A DNA stretch of 48,143 bases, taken from positions 1-48,143 of the forward strand of contig DXGT01000099.1 in the NCBI GenBank assembly GCA_019113785.1. The letters are read 5' to 3'. Numbering within the stretch: position 1 is the first letter of the stretch; every line of letters begins with the position of its first letter. The notes under the pieces are model-generated. The model was not told the DNA's origin. It ran no database searches and was given only the letters and a program-made list of their open reading frames with translations. The DNA comes from Candidatus Ruthenibacterium merdigallinarum (lineage in GTDB: Bacteria > Bacillota > Clostridia > Oscillospirales > Ruminococcaceae). This document shows positions 9,485 to 18,536 of the stretch, piece by piece. A program made the position numbers and the translations under genes.

Positions 9485-10378
9485 ATGAATTTGCAGCGCT
9501 ATCTGCACGTGGCGGGCGAAGTGGACGCCGCTTTGCGCCGCGGCCGGCCCGTGGTCGCGTTCGACACGGCCAGCGCCGCGTGCGACATGCCGCCCGGCCA
9601 GCGCCTTGCGCATGTGCGCGCGCGCGAAGCCGCCGCGCGCGAGGCGGGCGCCGTGCCCGCGAGCGTCGCCGTGCTGGAGGGCGTCCTTCACCTGGGCCTG
9701 TCCGCGGCGCAGCTGGAGGCGCTGTGCGGGATGCAGGATGCGCCCAAGCTCTCGCGCCGGGAACTGGCCGCCGCCGTGGCCCTGGGCCGCACGGGCGCGG
9801 CCACGGCCTCGTGCGCGATGGTGGCCGCCACCTTGTGCGGCGTGCGCGTGTACGCCGCGGGGGCCATCGGCGGCGTGGGGCCGGGCATGGACGTGAGCGC
9901 CGATTTGCAGGAGCTGCGCGAGTCGAGCGTGGCGGCCGTGTGCGCCGCCGTGGGCCCGGGCGCGGACGGCGCGGCCAGCGCCGAGGTGCTGGAGACGCTG
10001 GGCGTGCCCGTGCTGGGCCTTGCGGGGCCCGCGGGGCCCGCGCTGCCCGGCGCGCTTTTGCCCGCCGGCCCGTTTTACACGGTGGAGACGGCCGCGCGCA
10101 TCGCGCGCGCCCACTGGGACCTGGGCCTTGCCGGCAGCGTGCTGGTGTGCCCGCCGATGCCCGCTTTGGACGAGCATCTGGCCGAACAGGCGCGCGACGC
10201 CGTGGACAGAGCGCAGGCCGACGCGCGCTTTGCCGGCCTGCACGGCCCGCAGCGCACGCCGGCGCTGACGGCGCATCTTTTGACCGCCAGCGCCGCCTAC
10301 GCCAGCGCGCGCCGCGCGCTGACCGTGCACTGCGCGCGCACCGCCGCCGCGCTGGCCGCCGCGCTGGCCGGCGCATGA
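9485..10378 (+). CDS. psuG: pseudouridine-5'-phosphate glycosidase-like protein with a degenerate active site
   Basis: Colinear with PsuG (EVDAAL..RPVVA, GAVPA, KLSRRE, IGGV, DVSADLQEL, EVLETLGVP) but ESTIISHG, GVHRG and GAKSILD motifs are altered. Confidence 0.8.
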   Translation: MNLQRYLHVAGEVDAALRRGRPVVAFDTASAACDMPPGQRLAHVRAREAAAREAGAVPASVAVLEGVLHLGLSAAQLEALCGMQDAPKLSRRELAAAVALGRTGAATASCAMVAATLCGVRVYAAGAIGGVGPGMDVSADLQELRESSVAAVCAAVGPGADGAASAEVLETLGVPVLGLAGPAGPALPGALLPAGPFYTVETAARIARAHWDLGLAGSVLVCPPMPALDEHLAEQARDAVDRAQADARFAGLHGPQRTPALTAHLLTASAAYASARRALTVHCARTAAALAAALAGA

Positions 10379-10446
10379 GGGCGCGTGCCTGCCCCGCCCG
10401 AGCCATGATCCATAATCCAAATTTTCACACGCAGAAAGGGACCGAC

Positions 10447-12051
10447 ATGAACAACACCCCTGACCGCGCGCACGCCGGCGACGAGCTGGGCCGCGCGCTG
10501 GACGACACGCTGGACGCGCTGGAGCGCGCCGCCGCCCCGGAAAACGCCGCCGAGGCCGAACACCGGGAGAAAGAGGCCTACGAGCGCGGCGAGACCGTGC
10601 AGAGCTTTGACAGCACGATGGAGCTGGAGGACGCGATGCGCGAGGCGCAGCGCCGCGCCCGCGCGCGCATGGACGAGCGGCGCAGAAAAAGCGCCCGCGA
10701 GGCCGACCGCGAGGCGCGCGCGACGCAGTACAGCTACGCCGAGCGGGCCGAGGCCGCCATGGCCCGCCCGCGCAAAAAAAAGCGCGGCCCGCTGGCCGCA
10801 ATGGGCGCCGTGGCCGGCGCGCTGGCCGTGCTGCTGGCCGTTTTGTGCGTCGCGTCCTCGGCGCTGTACAGCCGCTACGACCCCGAGCGCTTTGTCGCCG
10901 ACGTGCTGGCGGCGCTCGAAGGCGGCGACGCGGCCGCGCTGGCCGGCCACCTTGTGAGCGACGAGGTGACGGTGAACGAGGAGAACGCGGCGCTTCTGTG
11001 CGCGGCGTTTTCCGGCGCCGACGCGCGCGAGGCGCTGGCCTCCCAGCTGCGCGCGCAGTCGGCCGACCCCGCCGCGGCCGGCGCGTACGAGGCGCTGGGC
11101 GTGGAGAAGGACCCCGTCTTTCTCGGCTTTTGCGAGTACCGCATCCGCGTGCGCGGCGCGCAGCTGATGCTGCGCACGAACGCGCAGAACGTGCTGCTGT
11201 CGCTCAACGGCGCGACGCGCACGGGCGAAGAGGCGGACGGCGGCATCTTGTACAAAAACCTGTTCCCCGGCCGCTACAGCTGCACCGTGACGGGCGCGAC
11301 GCCGCTGGGCGAGCAGCTGACGGGCGCCGAGACGCAGCTGGACCTGTTCAGCGTGTCGGCCCCGTTTGAATTCGACGGCGCGCTGCCCGTTGCCGACGTC
11401 ACCGTGTCGGGCGCGGTGAGCGACGAGGCCGTCATCTTCATCAACGGCACCGAGGTGGCAAACCGGCCCTCGGGCGGCGTGGTGCAGCTGCCGCAGGTGG
11501 CCGTGGGCAGCACCATCTCGTTCCAGTACACCGAGGCGCACGGCGCCGTCACCACGGGCAGCGTCGTGTTCAGCGACCGCAGCGCGACGCAGCTTGCGTT
11601 CGGCGACATCCAGACGACGGGCGACACGCCGGACGAAGCGGCGATCAACACGCTGCTCAGCGCGTATTACGCCTCGTTTGTCAACGCGGTGAACAACAAG
11701 GATGCGTCGCTCGTGACGGGCGCGTCGGCCGCGCAGAGCGCCGCGCTGCCCGGCCTGCTGGAGGCGGAGGCGTTCAAGGACAAGGTGCTGCAATTCACCA
11801 GCGCCGTTGTGAAGGCCGACAGCGTGGCCGCGTGCGAAGTGAACGGCGCGCCGGCGTTCCGCTGCAACGCCGCGATGGCCTACCACACGCGCTCGAGCAC
11901 GGGCGACGGCGCCGAGGCCGACGCCATGCTGTACGAGAACGTCGAATTCGTGTTTGAAAACGGCGCGTGGGCCGTGAACCGCACCGTGACCATCGACGAG
12001 GCGAAATACACGGCGAACGATTTGTCCGCGCTGGAGGCGCCCGCGGCCTGA
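10447..12051 (+). CDS. membrane-anchored surface protein, TcaA/YvbJ-like
   Basis: Start ATG 10447 with GAAAGGG RBS; charged N-terminus, RKKKR plus one TM, then LFPGRY beta-rich domains and a C-terminal NTF2-like segment (YYASFVNAVNNKD...W). Confidence 0.55.
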   Translation: MNNTPDRAHAGDELGRALDDTLDALERAAAPENAAEAEHREKEAYERGETVQSFDSTMELEDAMREAQRRARARMDERRRKSAREADREARATQYSYAERAEAAMARPRKKKRGPLAAMGAVAGALAVLLAVLCVASSALYSRYDPERFVADVLAALEGGDAAALAGHLVSDEVTVNEENAALLCAAFSGADAREALASQLRAQSADPAAAGAYEALGVEKDPVFLGFCEYRIRVRGAQLMLRTNAQNVLLSLNGATRTGEEADGGILYKNLFPGRYSCTVTGATPLGEQLTGAETQLDLFSVSAPFEFDGALPVADVTVSGAVSDEAVIFINGTEVANRPSGGVVQLPQVAVGSTISFQYTEAHGAVTTGSVVFSDRSATQLAFGDIQTTGDTPDEAAINTLLSAYYASFVNAVNNKDASLVTGASAAQSAALPGLLEAEAFKDKVLQFTSAVVKADSVAACEVNGAPAFRCNAAMAYHTRSSTGDGAEADAMLYENVEFVFENGAWAVNRTVTIDEAKYTANDLSALEAPAA

Positions 12052-12091
12052 CGCGCAAAACGGCCAAGGCGCACAGGGCGCAAAACACAAC

Positions 12092-12146
12092 AAAAAAGGC
12101 TTTCCCCCCCGCCGCCGCGGCGGCCGAGAGGGGAAGGCCTTTTTTG
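12092..12146. terminator. bidirectional intrinsic terminator between convergent genes
   Basis: A6-GGCTTTCCCC...GGGGAAGGCC-T tract. Confidence 0.7.
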
Positions 12147-12204
12147 CATGTTCTCTTACATTTTTGCGGAAAAGCGCCCCGCAACGAGAGCGGAAAGCCG
12201 CGCC

Positions 12205-12678
12205 TCACGCGCGCGGGGGCCTCTCGCGGCCCACGAACCGGTGGAACAGCCGGCCGGGCAGCGCCAGCACCAGCACGATGCCCAGCGCGATGGCCACGGC
12301 GATCTTCAGCGTTTCCACGCCTTTGGCGAGGCACGCGTCGTTCATGCCCATGATGAAGTAGTACACGGTGTAGTAGATGCCCGCGCCGGGCACCAGCGGG
12401 AAGATGCCCGCCGTGACGAACACCGCCGACGGGCAGCGGCGCGCCACCGAGAAGATGCGCGTGGCCAGCGTGAGCGCCAGCGCCCCGGTGAACGAGGCCA
12501 GCACGGGCGTCGCGCCCGGCCAGAACAGCGTCAGCCAGTACACGGCCCAGCCGGCCATGCCCGTGCAGCCGCACGGGACGTACTGGCTGCGCGGCGCGTG
12601 GAACAAGAGGGAAAACGCCACCGTGGCCGCGAACGACACGGCGCACTGCACAAAAAGCTGCCACAGGAATGCGATCAT
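12205..12678 (-). CDS. threonine/serine exporter family protein (ThrE, small subunit)
   Basis: FSLLFHAP, GIFPLVPGAGIY, IAVAIALGI; start ATG 12678. Confidence 0.88.
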   Translation of the reverse strand: MIAFLWQLFVQCAVSFAATVAFSLLFHAPRSQYVPCGCTGMAGWAVYWLTLFWPGATPVLASFTGALALTLATRIFSVARRCPSAVFVTAGIFPLVPGAGIYYTVYYFIMGMNDACLAKGVETLKIAVAIALGIVLVLALPGRLFHRFVGRERPPRA

Positions 12679-13511
12679 ACGGCCACCCCCGTCATGGGCA
12701 GGCCCAGCCACACGCCGGCCAGCAGCACGAAGCCCACGCCCAGCGCGATGGCCGCCGCGATGAGCAGCGCGTCCACCATGCGGATGGTGCCCGAGAGGTA
12801 ATCGCCCCCGGCGATGTCGCGGATGCCCGTGGTGAGCGCGATGCCCGGCACCAGCGGGATGATGCCGCCGATGATGATTTTGTCGAGGTTTGTGCCGACG
12901 CCCGCCGCGCCGAGGGCGCACGAGAGAAGCAGGCTGACGAGCGCCACCAGCACGGCCGCCAGCAGGTTTGCGATGAACTTGCCCGCGCGCGCCCGCTCGA
13001 GGCCGATGCGCGCGGGTTCGAGCGCAAGGCCCGCCACGAGCGCGGCCGCGGCGTCCGTGGGCGAGCCGCCGAACAGGTACGCAAAGCACGCCGTGCCCAC
13101 GGCGCACGCCGCGATGCGCGCCGCCGGGCGCTCGTAGGGTATGCGGCGGATCTGCGCAAGGCGCGCCGACGCCTGCTCGAGCCCGGCGCGGCCCGCGGCG
13201 ATGTCGCGCGAGAGGGCGTTCACCGCCGCCACGCGCCCCAGGTGCGTGGCGGCCTGCGGCACGGCGCGCACGGCGCACCCCGCGCCCGGCTGGCCGCCGA
13301 TGGACGCGAACAGCCCGTTTGTGAGCACATACACATGGAAGTCGCGCGCGCCGAGGGCGCGCGCCATGCGCTCCATCGTGTCCTGCACGCGGTAAATTTC
13401 GCCGCCGTTTTCCAAAAGCGTCTCGCCCGCCTCCACCACAAAGCGCAGAATGCGCTGCTGGTCGGGCGCGGCGCTTTGCGCGGCGAGAGGCTGCGCGCCG
13501 GTCTGTGTCAT
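12675..13511 (-). CDS. threonine/serine exporter family protein (ThrE, large subunit)
   Basis: AGETLLENGGEIYRVQDT, VNALSR, IIPLVPGIALTTGIRDIAGGDYLSG. Confidence 0.9.
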   Translation of the reverse strand: MTQTGAQPLAAQSAAPDQQRILRFVVEAGETLLENGGEIYRVQDTMERMARALGARDFHVYVLTNGLFASIGGQPGAGCAVRAVPQAATHLGRVAAVNALSRDIAAGRAGLEQASARLAQIRRIPYERPAARIAACAVGTACFAYLFGGSPTDAAAALVAGLALEPARIGLERARAGKFIANLLAAVLVALVSLLLSCALGAAGVGTNLDKIIIGGIIPLVPGIALTTGIRDIAGGDYLSGTIRMVDALLIAAAIALGVGFVLLAGVWLGLPMTGVAV

Positions 13512-14329
13512 GAGAGCTCCTCCGCTTCTTCTTTTGTCAGGCGTGCCCACGGCGCGCCCGCGCCGCCCTTGAACGCGGCGACGACGCTGCGCGCCGCGCC
13601 GCGAAAGCCCGCTTTTTCAAACAGGCGCACGGCGTCTTTGTTCTCGGGCACCGTCTCGAGGAAAATGGTGTCGTAGCCGAGCGGCTGCTCGACGGCGCCG
13701 CGCATGGCCGCCGCGAGCGCCGCCGCGCCGTAGCCCATGCGCCGGCGCGCCTCGGCCGTGTACAGCGCGGTGATGCAGTACGCCGAGCCGTAGCCGTGCG
13801 CCACGCAGATGGACGCGGGCGCGCCGTCGGCCGCAAACGCCACGAACGCGCGCGCGCCGCCCTTTGTCAGCTGGCGCTCGATGAGGCGACGCGCGTGCTC
13901 CTGCCCGCCGCAGTACTCCACAAGCAGCGCCGCCACGGCGCGCGGCAGCCGCCCGTCGCCGGACTGGATGGCGCAGCGGCGGCGGACGAACAGCGGCGAG
14001 GGCTTTTCGCACAGCGTCATGCGCAGCATATCCCGGCGCGCCAGCTCGTAGCCGTTCTGGTGAAAGAACGCGCGGCTCTCGGCCGGGCGCACGCTGTCGG
14101 GCGTGAACTCGAACTTCGGCACGAGGTTCAGATACACGGACCCTTTGTAATAGGCCTCGATCTCGCGCAGCGAGCGCGGCGCGTCCTCCATGCTCTTGAG
14201 CACGGCGAAGTTCGACGCCGCGCTCACGGGGTTGTCGAGGTCGCGGAACGCGCGGTACAGCGGCGTCTCGGTGTATTCGAGATATTTTTTCGCCGCGTGC
14301 ATCTCGTAGTTGTCGATGGGGCTTGCCAT
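13508..14329 (-). CDS. GNAT family N-acetyltransferase
   Basis: Acetyl-CoA motif LYTAEARRRMGYG and motif B NKDAVRLFEKAGF. Confidence 0.85.
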   Translation of the reverse strand: MASPIDNYEMHAAKKYLEYTETPLYRAFRDLDNPVSAASNFAVLKSMEDAPRSLREIEAYYKGSVYLNLVPKFEFTPDSVRPAESRAFFHQNGYELARRDMLRMTLCEKPSPLFVRRRCAIQSGDGRLPRAVAALLVEYCGGQEHARRLIERQLTKGGARAFVAFAADGAPASICVAHGYGSAYCITALYTAEARRRMGYGAAALAAAMRGAVEQPLGYDTIFLETVPENKDAVRLFEKAGFRGAARSVVAAFKGGAGAPWARLTKEEAEELS

Positions 14330-14348
14330 ATCCGCTCCCCCCCCGCTC

Positions 14349-15110
14349 TCAGCGGCGCACGGCGCGCTGCACGGCGCCAAACGCGGGGTCTGTCCTGTAC
14401 AGATGATGGGCGATGGCCTCCATCAGGCGGTAGTCCTCCTCGGAGTCGATGTCGATGATGCCCGTGTCGAACATCTGGTACATGCCGCACACGCCGTCCC
14501 ACAGAAAGCCGGTCTGGTTCTCTTTCAAAAAGCGGCGCGTGAACACGTAGATGGAGGCGTTGAGGTCGAACACGGGCGGCGTCTGCTGGCGCGCGGTGAA
14601 GTGGTGCTCGATCACGCGCTCGGCGTGCCCGTCCACGAGCTTCGCCATGTTCATGTACGGCGTGCGGCGCGCCGGGCACACGCTGAACACAAGGTCCCAC
14701 TCGGGGTGGGCCTTCGCCGTCTCGTACGCGCCGGTGACGTCACCGGCGCGCCGCAAGGGGCTCGTGATGTCGAGGTCGATGAGGTACGCGTATTCGCAGC
14801 CGTTTTTCTTTTCCATCTCGCACAGGCTGTGCTGGAACACGCGCATCTTCGGCACAACGTCGCCGCACAGCTCCTCGGGCCGGTGCACGACGGTCACCTC
14901 CGGGTATTTCGAGGTGACGGCGTCGACGAGCAGTTCGCTGTCGGTGTTGAGGCACACGTCCACATGGAGTTCCGGGTTCTGGCGCATGAACAGCTGCGCC
15001 GCGGCCAGGCTGTAATGCGACAGGGGCAGCCCGTCGAAAATTTTCAGATTTTTGTTTTTAAACCCCTTGCTGCCCGCGCGGCCGCAAATGGTGATGAGCA
15101 CACGTTCCAT
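14349..15110 (-). CDS. neuA: acylneuraminate (nonulosonate) cytidylyltransferase, NeuA/PtmB/LegF family
   Basis: ICGRAGSKGFKNKN, DLDITSPLR, RQQTP, NASIY, IDIDSEED. Confidence 0.92.
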   Translation of the reverse strand: MERVLITICGRAGSKGFKNKNLKIFDGLPLSHYSLAAAQLFMRQNPELHVDVCLNTDSELLVDAVTSKYPEVTVVHRPEELCGDVVPKMRVFQHSLCEMEKKNGCEYAYLIDLDITSPLRRAGDVTGAYETAKAHPEWDLVFSVCPARRTPYMNMAKLVDGHAERVIEHHFTARQQTPPVFDLNASIYVFTRRFLKENQTGFLWDGVCGMYQMFDTGIIDIDSEEDYRLMEAIAHHLYRTDPAFGAVQRAVRR

Positions 15111-15112
15111 GG

Positions 15113-16051
15113 TTACACACTCTCCCCCAATGTCAGTTTCAGCACGTTCAGCGCCGTCTGCGGCGTGTTCGCGCTGGCGCAGCGGCCGTCGAGCACGTCG
15201 AGGAAATGGCGCATCTCGCGCACATAGCGCTCGTTGACCGGCTCCGCATAATTTTGCACCGTGCCGTCGGCCAGCGTGAGCGTGCCCGCGCCGAAGTCGG
15301 CCGTGACGGTGCCGTCCTTGCAGAACAATTCGATGCTGCGCCGGTACGTGCGCCCGAAGTAGTCGAGGTGCACCTCGCCGAGCATGTGCGGCCAGCGCGC
15401 GATGTAGACGGAAAGGTCGTCGGAGTCGATCTCCAGCTCGCTGTACGTGCCGCGCAGGTTGTGCGTTTCGAGCGGCATGCCGAACAGGTCGACGAGGTAA
15501 TCCCACTCGTGGATGAGGTCGATGGTGACGCCGCCGCCCAGCGCGCGGCGCGCCGAGTAGACCGTGCGGTAATCGACGCCGGGGCGCCAGTCGGGCAGGT
15601 ACGACGAGCAGATGACCCGCGCCGAGTAGGGCCGCAGGCCGCCGAGCGCCGCTTTGAGCGCCAGCATCGCGCCGCACCAGCGCATGGGCGCGGCCACGTA
15701 GGCCGTCTGCGCCTCGTCGATGCAGTCGGCCAGGCGCTGCGAGGGGTCGGAAAAGAGGGGCTTTTCGATGAAGAGCGCCCGCGCGCGCCCCCGCAGCTTC
15801 TGCAAGGCGTCGAAATGCAGGCTGGTGGGGTTTGTGACGAAGGCGGCGTCGTAGTCATACGCGGCCTCGTCCCAGGCGTACAGCTGCCCGGCCAGCTGCG
15901 CGCATACGTCGTCGGGCAGCGGCTTTTTCGACGAGCGCAGCGCCCACGCCTGCACCTGCGCCCCGCGCTCGGCCGCGACGGCGTGCAGGTTTTTCAGATG
16001 GCGCTTGCCGATGGACCCGAGGCCCACGAACAGAACTTTCAGCGTTTTCAT
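15113..16051 (-). CDS. Gfo/Idh/MocA family oxidoreductase (PtmF-like)
   Basis: GLGSIGKRH, FIEKP, YLPDWRP, YSA...GGGVTIDLIHEWDY; start ATG 16051. Confidence 0.9.
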   Translation of the reverse strand: MKTLKVLFVGLGSIGKRHLKNLHAVAAERGAQVQAWALRSSKKPLPDDVCAQLAGQLYAWDEAAYDYDAAFVTNPTSLHFDALQKLRGRARALFIEKPLFSDPSQRLADCIDEAQTAYVAAPMRWCGAMLALKAALGGLRPYSARVICSSYLPDWRPGVDYRTVYSARRALGGGVTIDLIHEWDYLVDLFGMPLETHNLRGTYSELEIDSDDLSVYIARWPHMLGEVHLDYFGRTYRRSIELFCKDGTVTADFGAGTLTLADGTVQNYAEPVNERYVREMRHFLDVLDGRCASANTPQTALNVLKLTLGESV

Positions 16052-16815
16052 CACAATTCCCCTTTGGATACGTCCGGCCGGCCGTTTGTCACGATGAAGC
16101 CCGCGCCGCCCGGCAGCGCGCGCAGGCGCTCCTCGAGCGCGTCGGCCCCGGCCGCGAGCTTGTAGTTCATCTCGCCCTCGTACACGGGCACGGCGACGTA
16201 CAGCATGATCTGCGTGCCGTCCGCGCACTGCACGGGCAGCACGCGCCGCGGGCCGCTGCCCTCGTCCGGCAGATACAGCACCGCGCCGGCAAAGCCCTCG
16301 GCCCCCTTGAACGGGCGCATGGGATCGCCGTTCGGCACCGAGTGCCCCGCGCCCAGCCAGGTGCCGCAGCGCGCGGGCAGGCGCGCCAGCGTCTTCAGCA
16401 TGCGGACGGGCCAGTACGCGGCCTCGTCCGCGTCGGCGGACGTGCCGGCGGCCGCCACGGGCCAGCCGGCCGGCAGGTAGCAAAGCAGCTCGGCGCGGCG
16501 CAAATAGTCGTACTTTTTGCCGCCGTGGGGCAAATTGTCGAGCGTCATCGGCAGCGCCGACATGCCGCTTGTGTACAGCACATAGTAGGGCTCTGCGGGC
16601 AGCGGCTCCATCACGCAGACGTCGAGGTGGAAAAATTCGCTGACAAGCTCGTGCCACACGTGCGTCCTGCGCCCGGGGAACGCTTTGTCCATCCAGCGCT
16701 CGATGTCCCCGGCCCAGGGCGTGACGGCCGCCGTCATCTCGCCGCGTCTTACTTCGCCGTGGCGCAGCACCTCGCTGCCGCCGGGCGTCGTCTCCTTTTT
16801 GTGAAAGAAAGCCAT
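16051..16815 (-). CDS. suppressor of fused (SUFU) domain protein
   Basis: HELVS..HLDV, YTSGMSALPM, RAELL..LP..W, YWPVRMLKTLARLP...TWLG.GHSVPNG, PVYEGEM.YKL. Confidence 0.85.
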   Translation of the reverse strand: MAFFHKKETTPGGSEVLRHGEVRRGEMTAAVTPWAGDIERWMDKAFPGRRTHVWHELVSEFFHLDVCVMEPLPAEPYYVLYTSGMSALPMTLDNLPHGGKKYDYLRRAELLCYLPAGWPVAAAGTSADADEAAYWPVRMLKTLARLPARCGTWLGAGHSVPNGDPMRPFKGAEGFAGAVLYLPDEGSGPRRVLPVQCADGTQIMLYVAVPVYEGEMNYKLAAGADALEERLRALPGGAGFIVTNGRPDVSKGEL

Positions 16816-16817
16816 TT

Positions 16818-17795
16818 TCACGCCTCCTCGATGCGGTCGATGAGGCGCAGCACGGCCTCGTCGCGCGCAAAGTCCCACCGGGGCTGCGCGCGGCCGGCCA
16901 GCACGTCGAAGAAGTTCGCCAGCTCGTCCACATAGGCGTTTTCGACGATGTTGTCGGAATAGCGGCCGTCGTGCTCAAAGCTGCCGTAGGTGTCGACGGC
17001 GATCTTCTCCTTCTTCTCCGCGTCATAGCGGTACAGCGAGCGGGGGTTGCCCTCCCAGAACAGGTGCAGCCCCTCGCCGAACACCTCGAAATTGCGCACG
17101 GCCTTGGGGCTGACGACGTCCACCGCCAGCACGCCCTTCGTGCCGTTTTCGTGGCGCAGCACGGCAAAGCAGCTGTCGGGGTAGTCGATCGCAAGGCCGC
17201 TCAATTTGTCGCGCTCGGCGTAGACGTGCCGCACGGGGCCGAACGCGTCCACGAGCCACGGCAGATCGATGGCGAAGATCTCGCGCACGCCGCCCGTGCG
17301 CCTGTCGCCCACGAAGAAGTTTTTGTAATTCTCCCAGGGGTGCCAGTCGGGCAGGTACTGGCCGATGTGATAGACGTAGTTGACGGGCTTTGCGAACGCC
17401 TGCACCTCGCGCTTGATGTACTGCGTCTCGGCGCGGTAGAGCATCGTGCTGGACAAAAACAGCGCAAGGCCCTTTTCGCGCGCCTTCGCCGTCAGCGCCG
17501 CGTAGCCGTCCGCCACGAGGTTGAGCTCGGTAAAGACGGGCACGTCCGCGTCGAGCAGGCGGTCGATGATGGCCGCGTGCGAGAGCGGCGCCGTGCACAC
17601 GAGCGCCGCGTCCGGCTTTGCGGCGGCCAGCGCCTCGTCGAGGTCGGCGAACGCCTCGACGCCGAGCGCCTTTGCCTCGGCGCGGCGGCTTTCCGCCTTG
17701 TCGACGCCGAAGAGCTTTGCGTCCTTGCGAAGGCGCGCCGTCAGCCGCGCGCGGCGCTTGCCCATACTGCCAAGGCCCACGATCAACACATTCAT
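16818..17795 (-). CDS. Gfo/Idh/MocA family oxidoreductase (second copy)
   Basis: GLGSMGKRR Rossmann motif, YLPDWHPWE, GGVRE; alternative GTG start at 17807. Confidence 0.88.
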   Translation of the reverse strand: MNVLIVGLGSMGKRRARLTARLRKDAKLFGVDKAESRRAEAKALGVEAFADLDEALAAAKPDAALVCTAPLSHAAIIDRLLDADVPVFTELNLVADGYAALTAKAREKGLALFLSSTMLYRAETQYIKREVQAFAKPVNYVYHIGQYLPDWHPWENYKNFFVGDRRTGGVREIFAIDLPWLVDAFGPVRHVYAERDKLSGLAIDYPDSCFAVLRHENGTKGVLAVDVVSPKAVRNFEVFGEGLHLFWEGNPRSLYRYDAEKKEKIAVDTYGSFEHDGRYSDNIVENAYVDELANFFDVLAGRAQPRWDFARDEAVLRLIDRIEEA

Positions 17796-17867
17796 TGTCC
17801 TGTTCACCTCAAAACCGTTTTTGGGAAAACCCTTCTCTTTATGCGCTGCTGCGCAGCGGCGCGCGCT

Positions 17868-18536
17868 TCACGCCGCGTCCACCAGCGAGGGCGCGGCCTT
17901 GGCCGCGAGCGCGCGCACGCGCTCGTAAAACGCCTCGTACCCGCACACGGGGTAGATCAGCGCCTCGTCCGTGTCCGTGTAGACGCACCCCTCGCCGGGG
18001 GCCATGTAGATGCACACGGTCTGCTCCTCGCCCGCCTCGCTTTGCGCCGTCAGGAAGATGCGGAACGTCTGGCCGTAGCCCGCGTAGGGCAGCTCGTCCG
18101 CCCAGCCGCGCCGGCGCCGCCCGGCCGAGACGGCGTCAAGGAACTCCTGCTGCTGCGCCTTTGTCAGCGTCAGCGTCTTTTCCGCCTTGCCGGGCACGCG
18201 CGTGCGCACCTCGACGGCCGTCACCGCGCCCATGCCCTTCGTCATCGGCGCGGGCCAGAACGCCCACGCGCACACGCACAGCGCCAGCGCCAATACGCCG
18301 CCCCACGCCGCGGCGCGCCGCAGCGCGGGCCGTTTGTTTTCGCCCTTCGCGCGCACGGCGCGCACCAGCGTCCACGCCGCCGACGCCGCCGCCAGCGCCG
18401 CGAACACCGCCGCCGCGATGAGCGCAAGGCGCGCGGCCTTCGTCAGCCACGGGGCCAGAAAGTCCGGCGTCTCGAGCGCCTGGCGCGCAAGGGCCGCGCG
18501 CAGGGCCTCCCACATTTCACGCAGCCCGTCCATCAT
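17868..18536 (-). CDS. hypothetical membrane protein (two TM segments plus soluble C-terminal domain)
   Basis: ATGA overlap with the neuC stop, GGAGG RBS, host-like codon usage; no recognisable motif. Confidence 0.65.
   Translation of the reverse strand: MMDGLREMWEALRAALARQALETPDFLAPWLTKAARLALIAAAVFAALAAASAAWTLVRAVRAKGENKRPALRRAAAWGGVLALALCVCAWAFWPAPMTKGMGAVTAVEVRTRVPGKAEKTLTLTKAQQQEFLDAVSAGRRRRGWADELPYAGYGQTFRIFLTAQSEAGEEQTVCIYMAPGEGCVYTDTDEALIYPVCGYEAFYERVRALAAKAAPSLVDAA

Noticed and set aside
8564-10801. Long N-terminal extensions on the M23, PsuG-like and TcaA-like ORFs (likewise neuA, legC, legB, MBOAT)
   Set aside because: They overlap neighbouring genes or promoters; internal starts with RBS fit the family N-termini.
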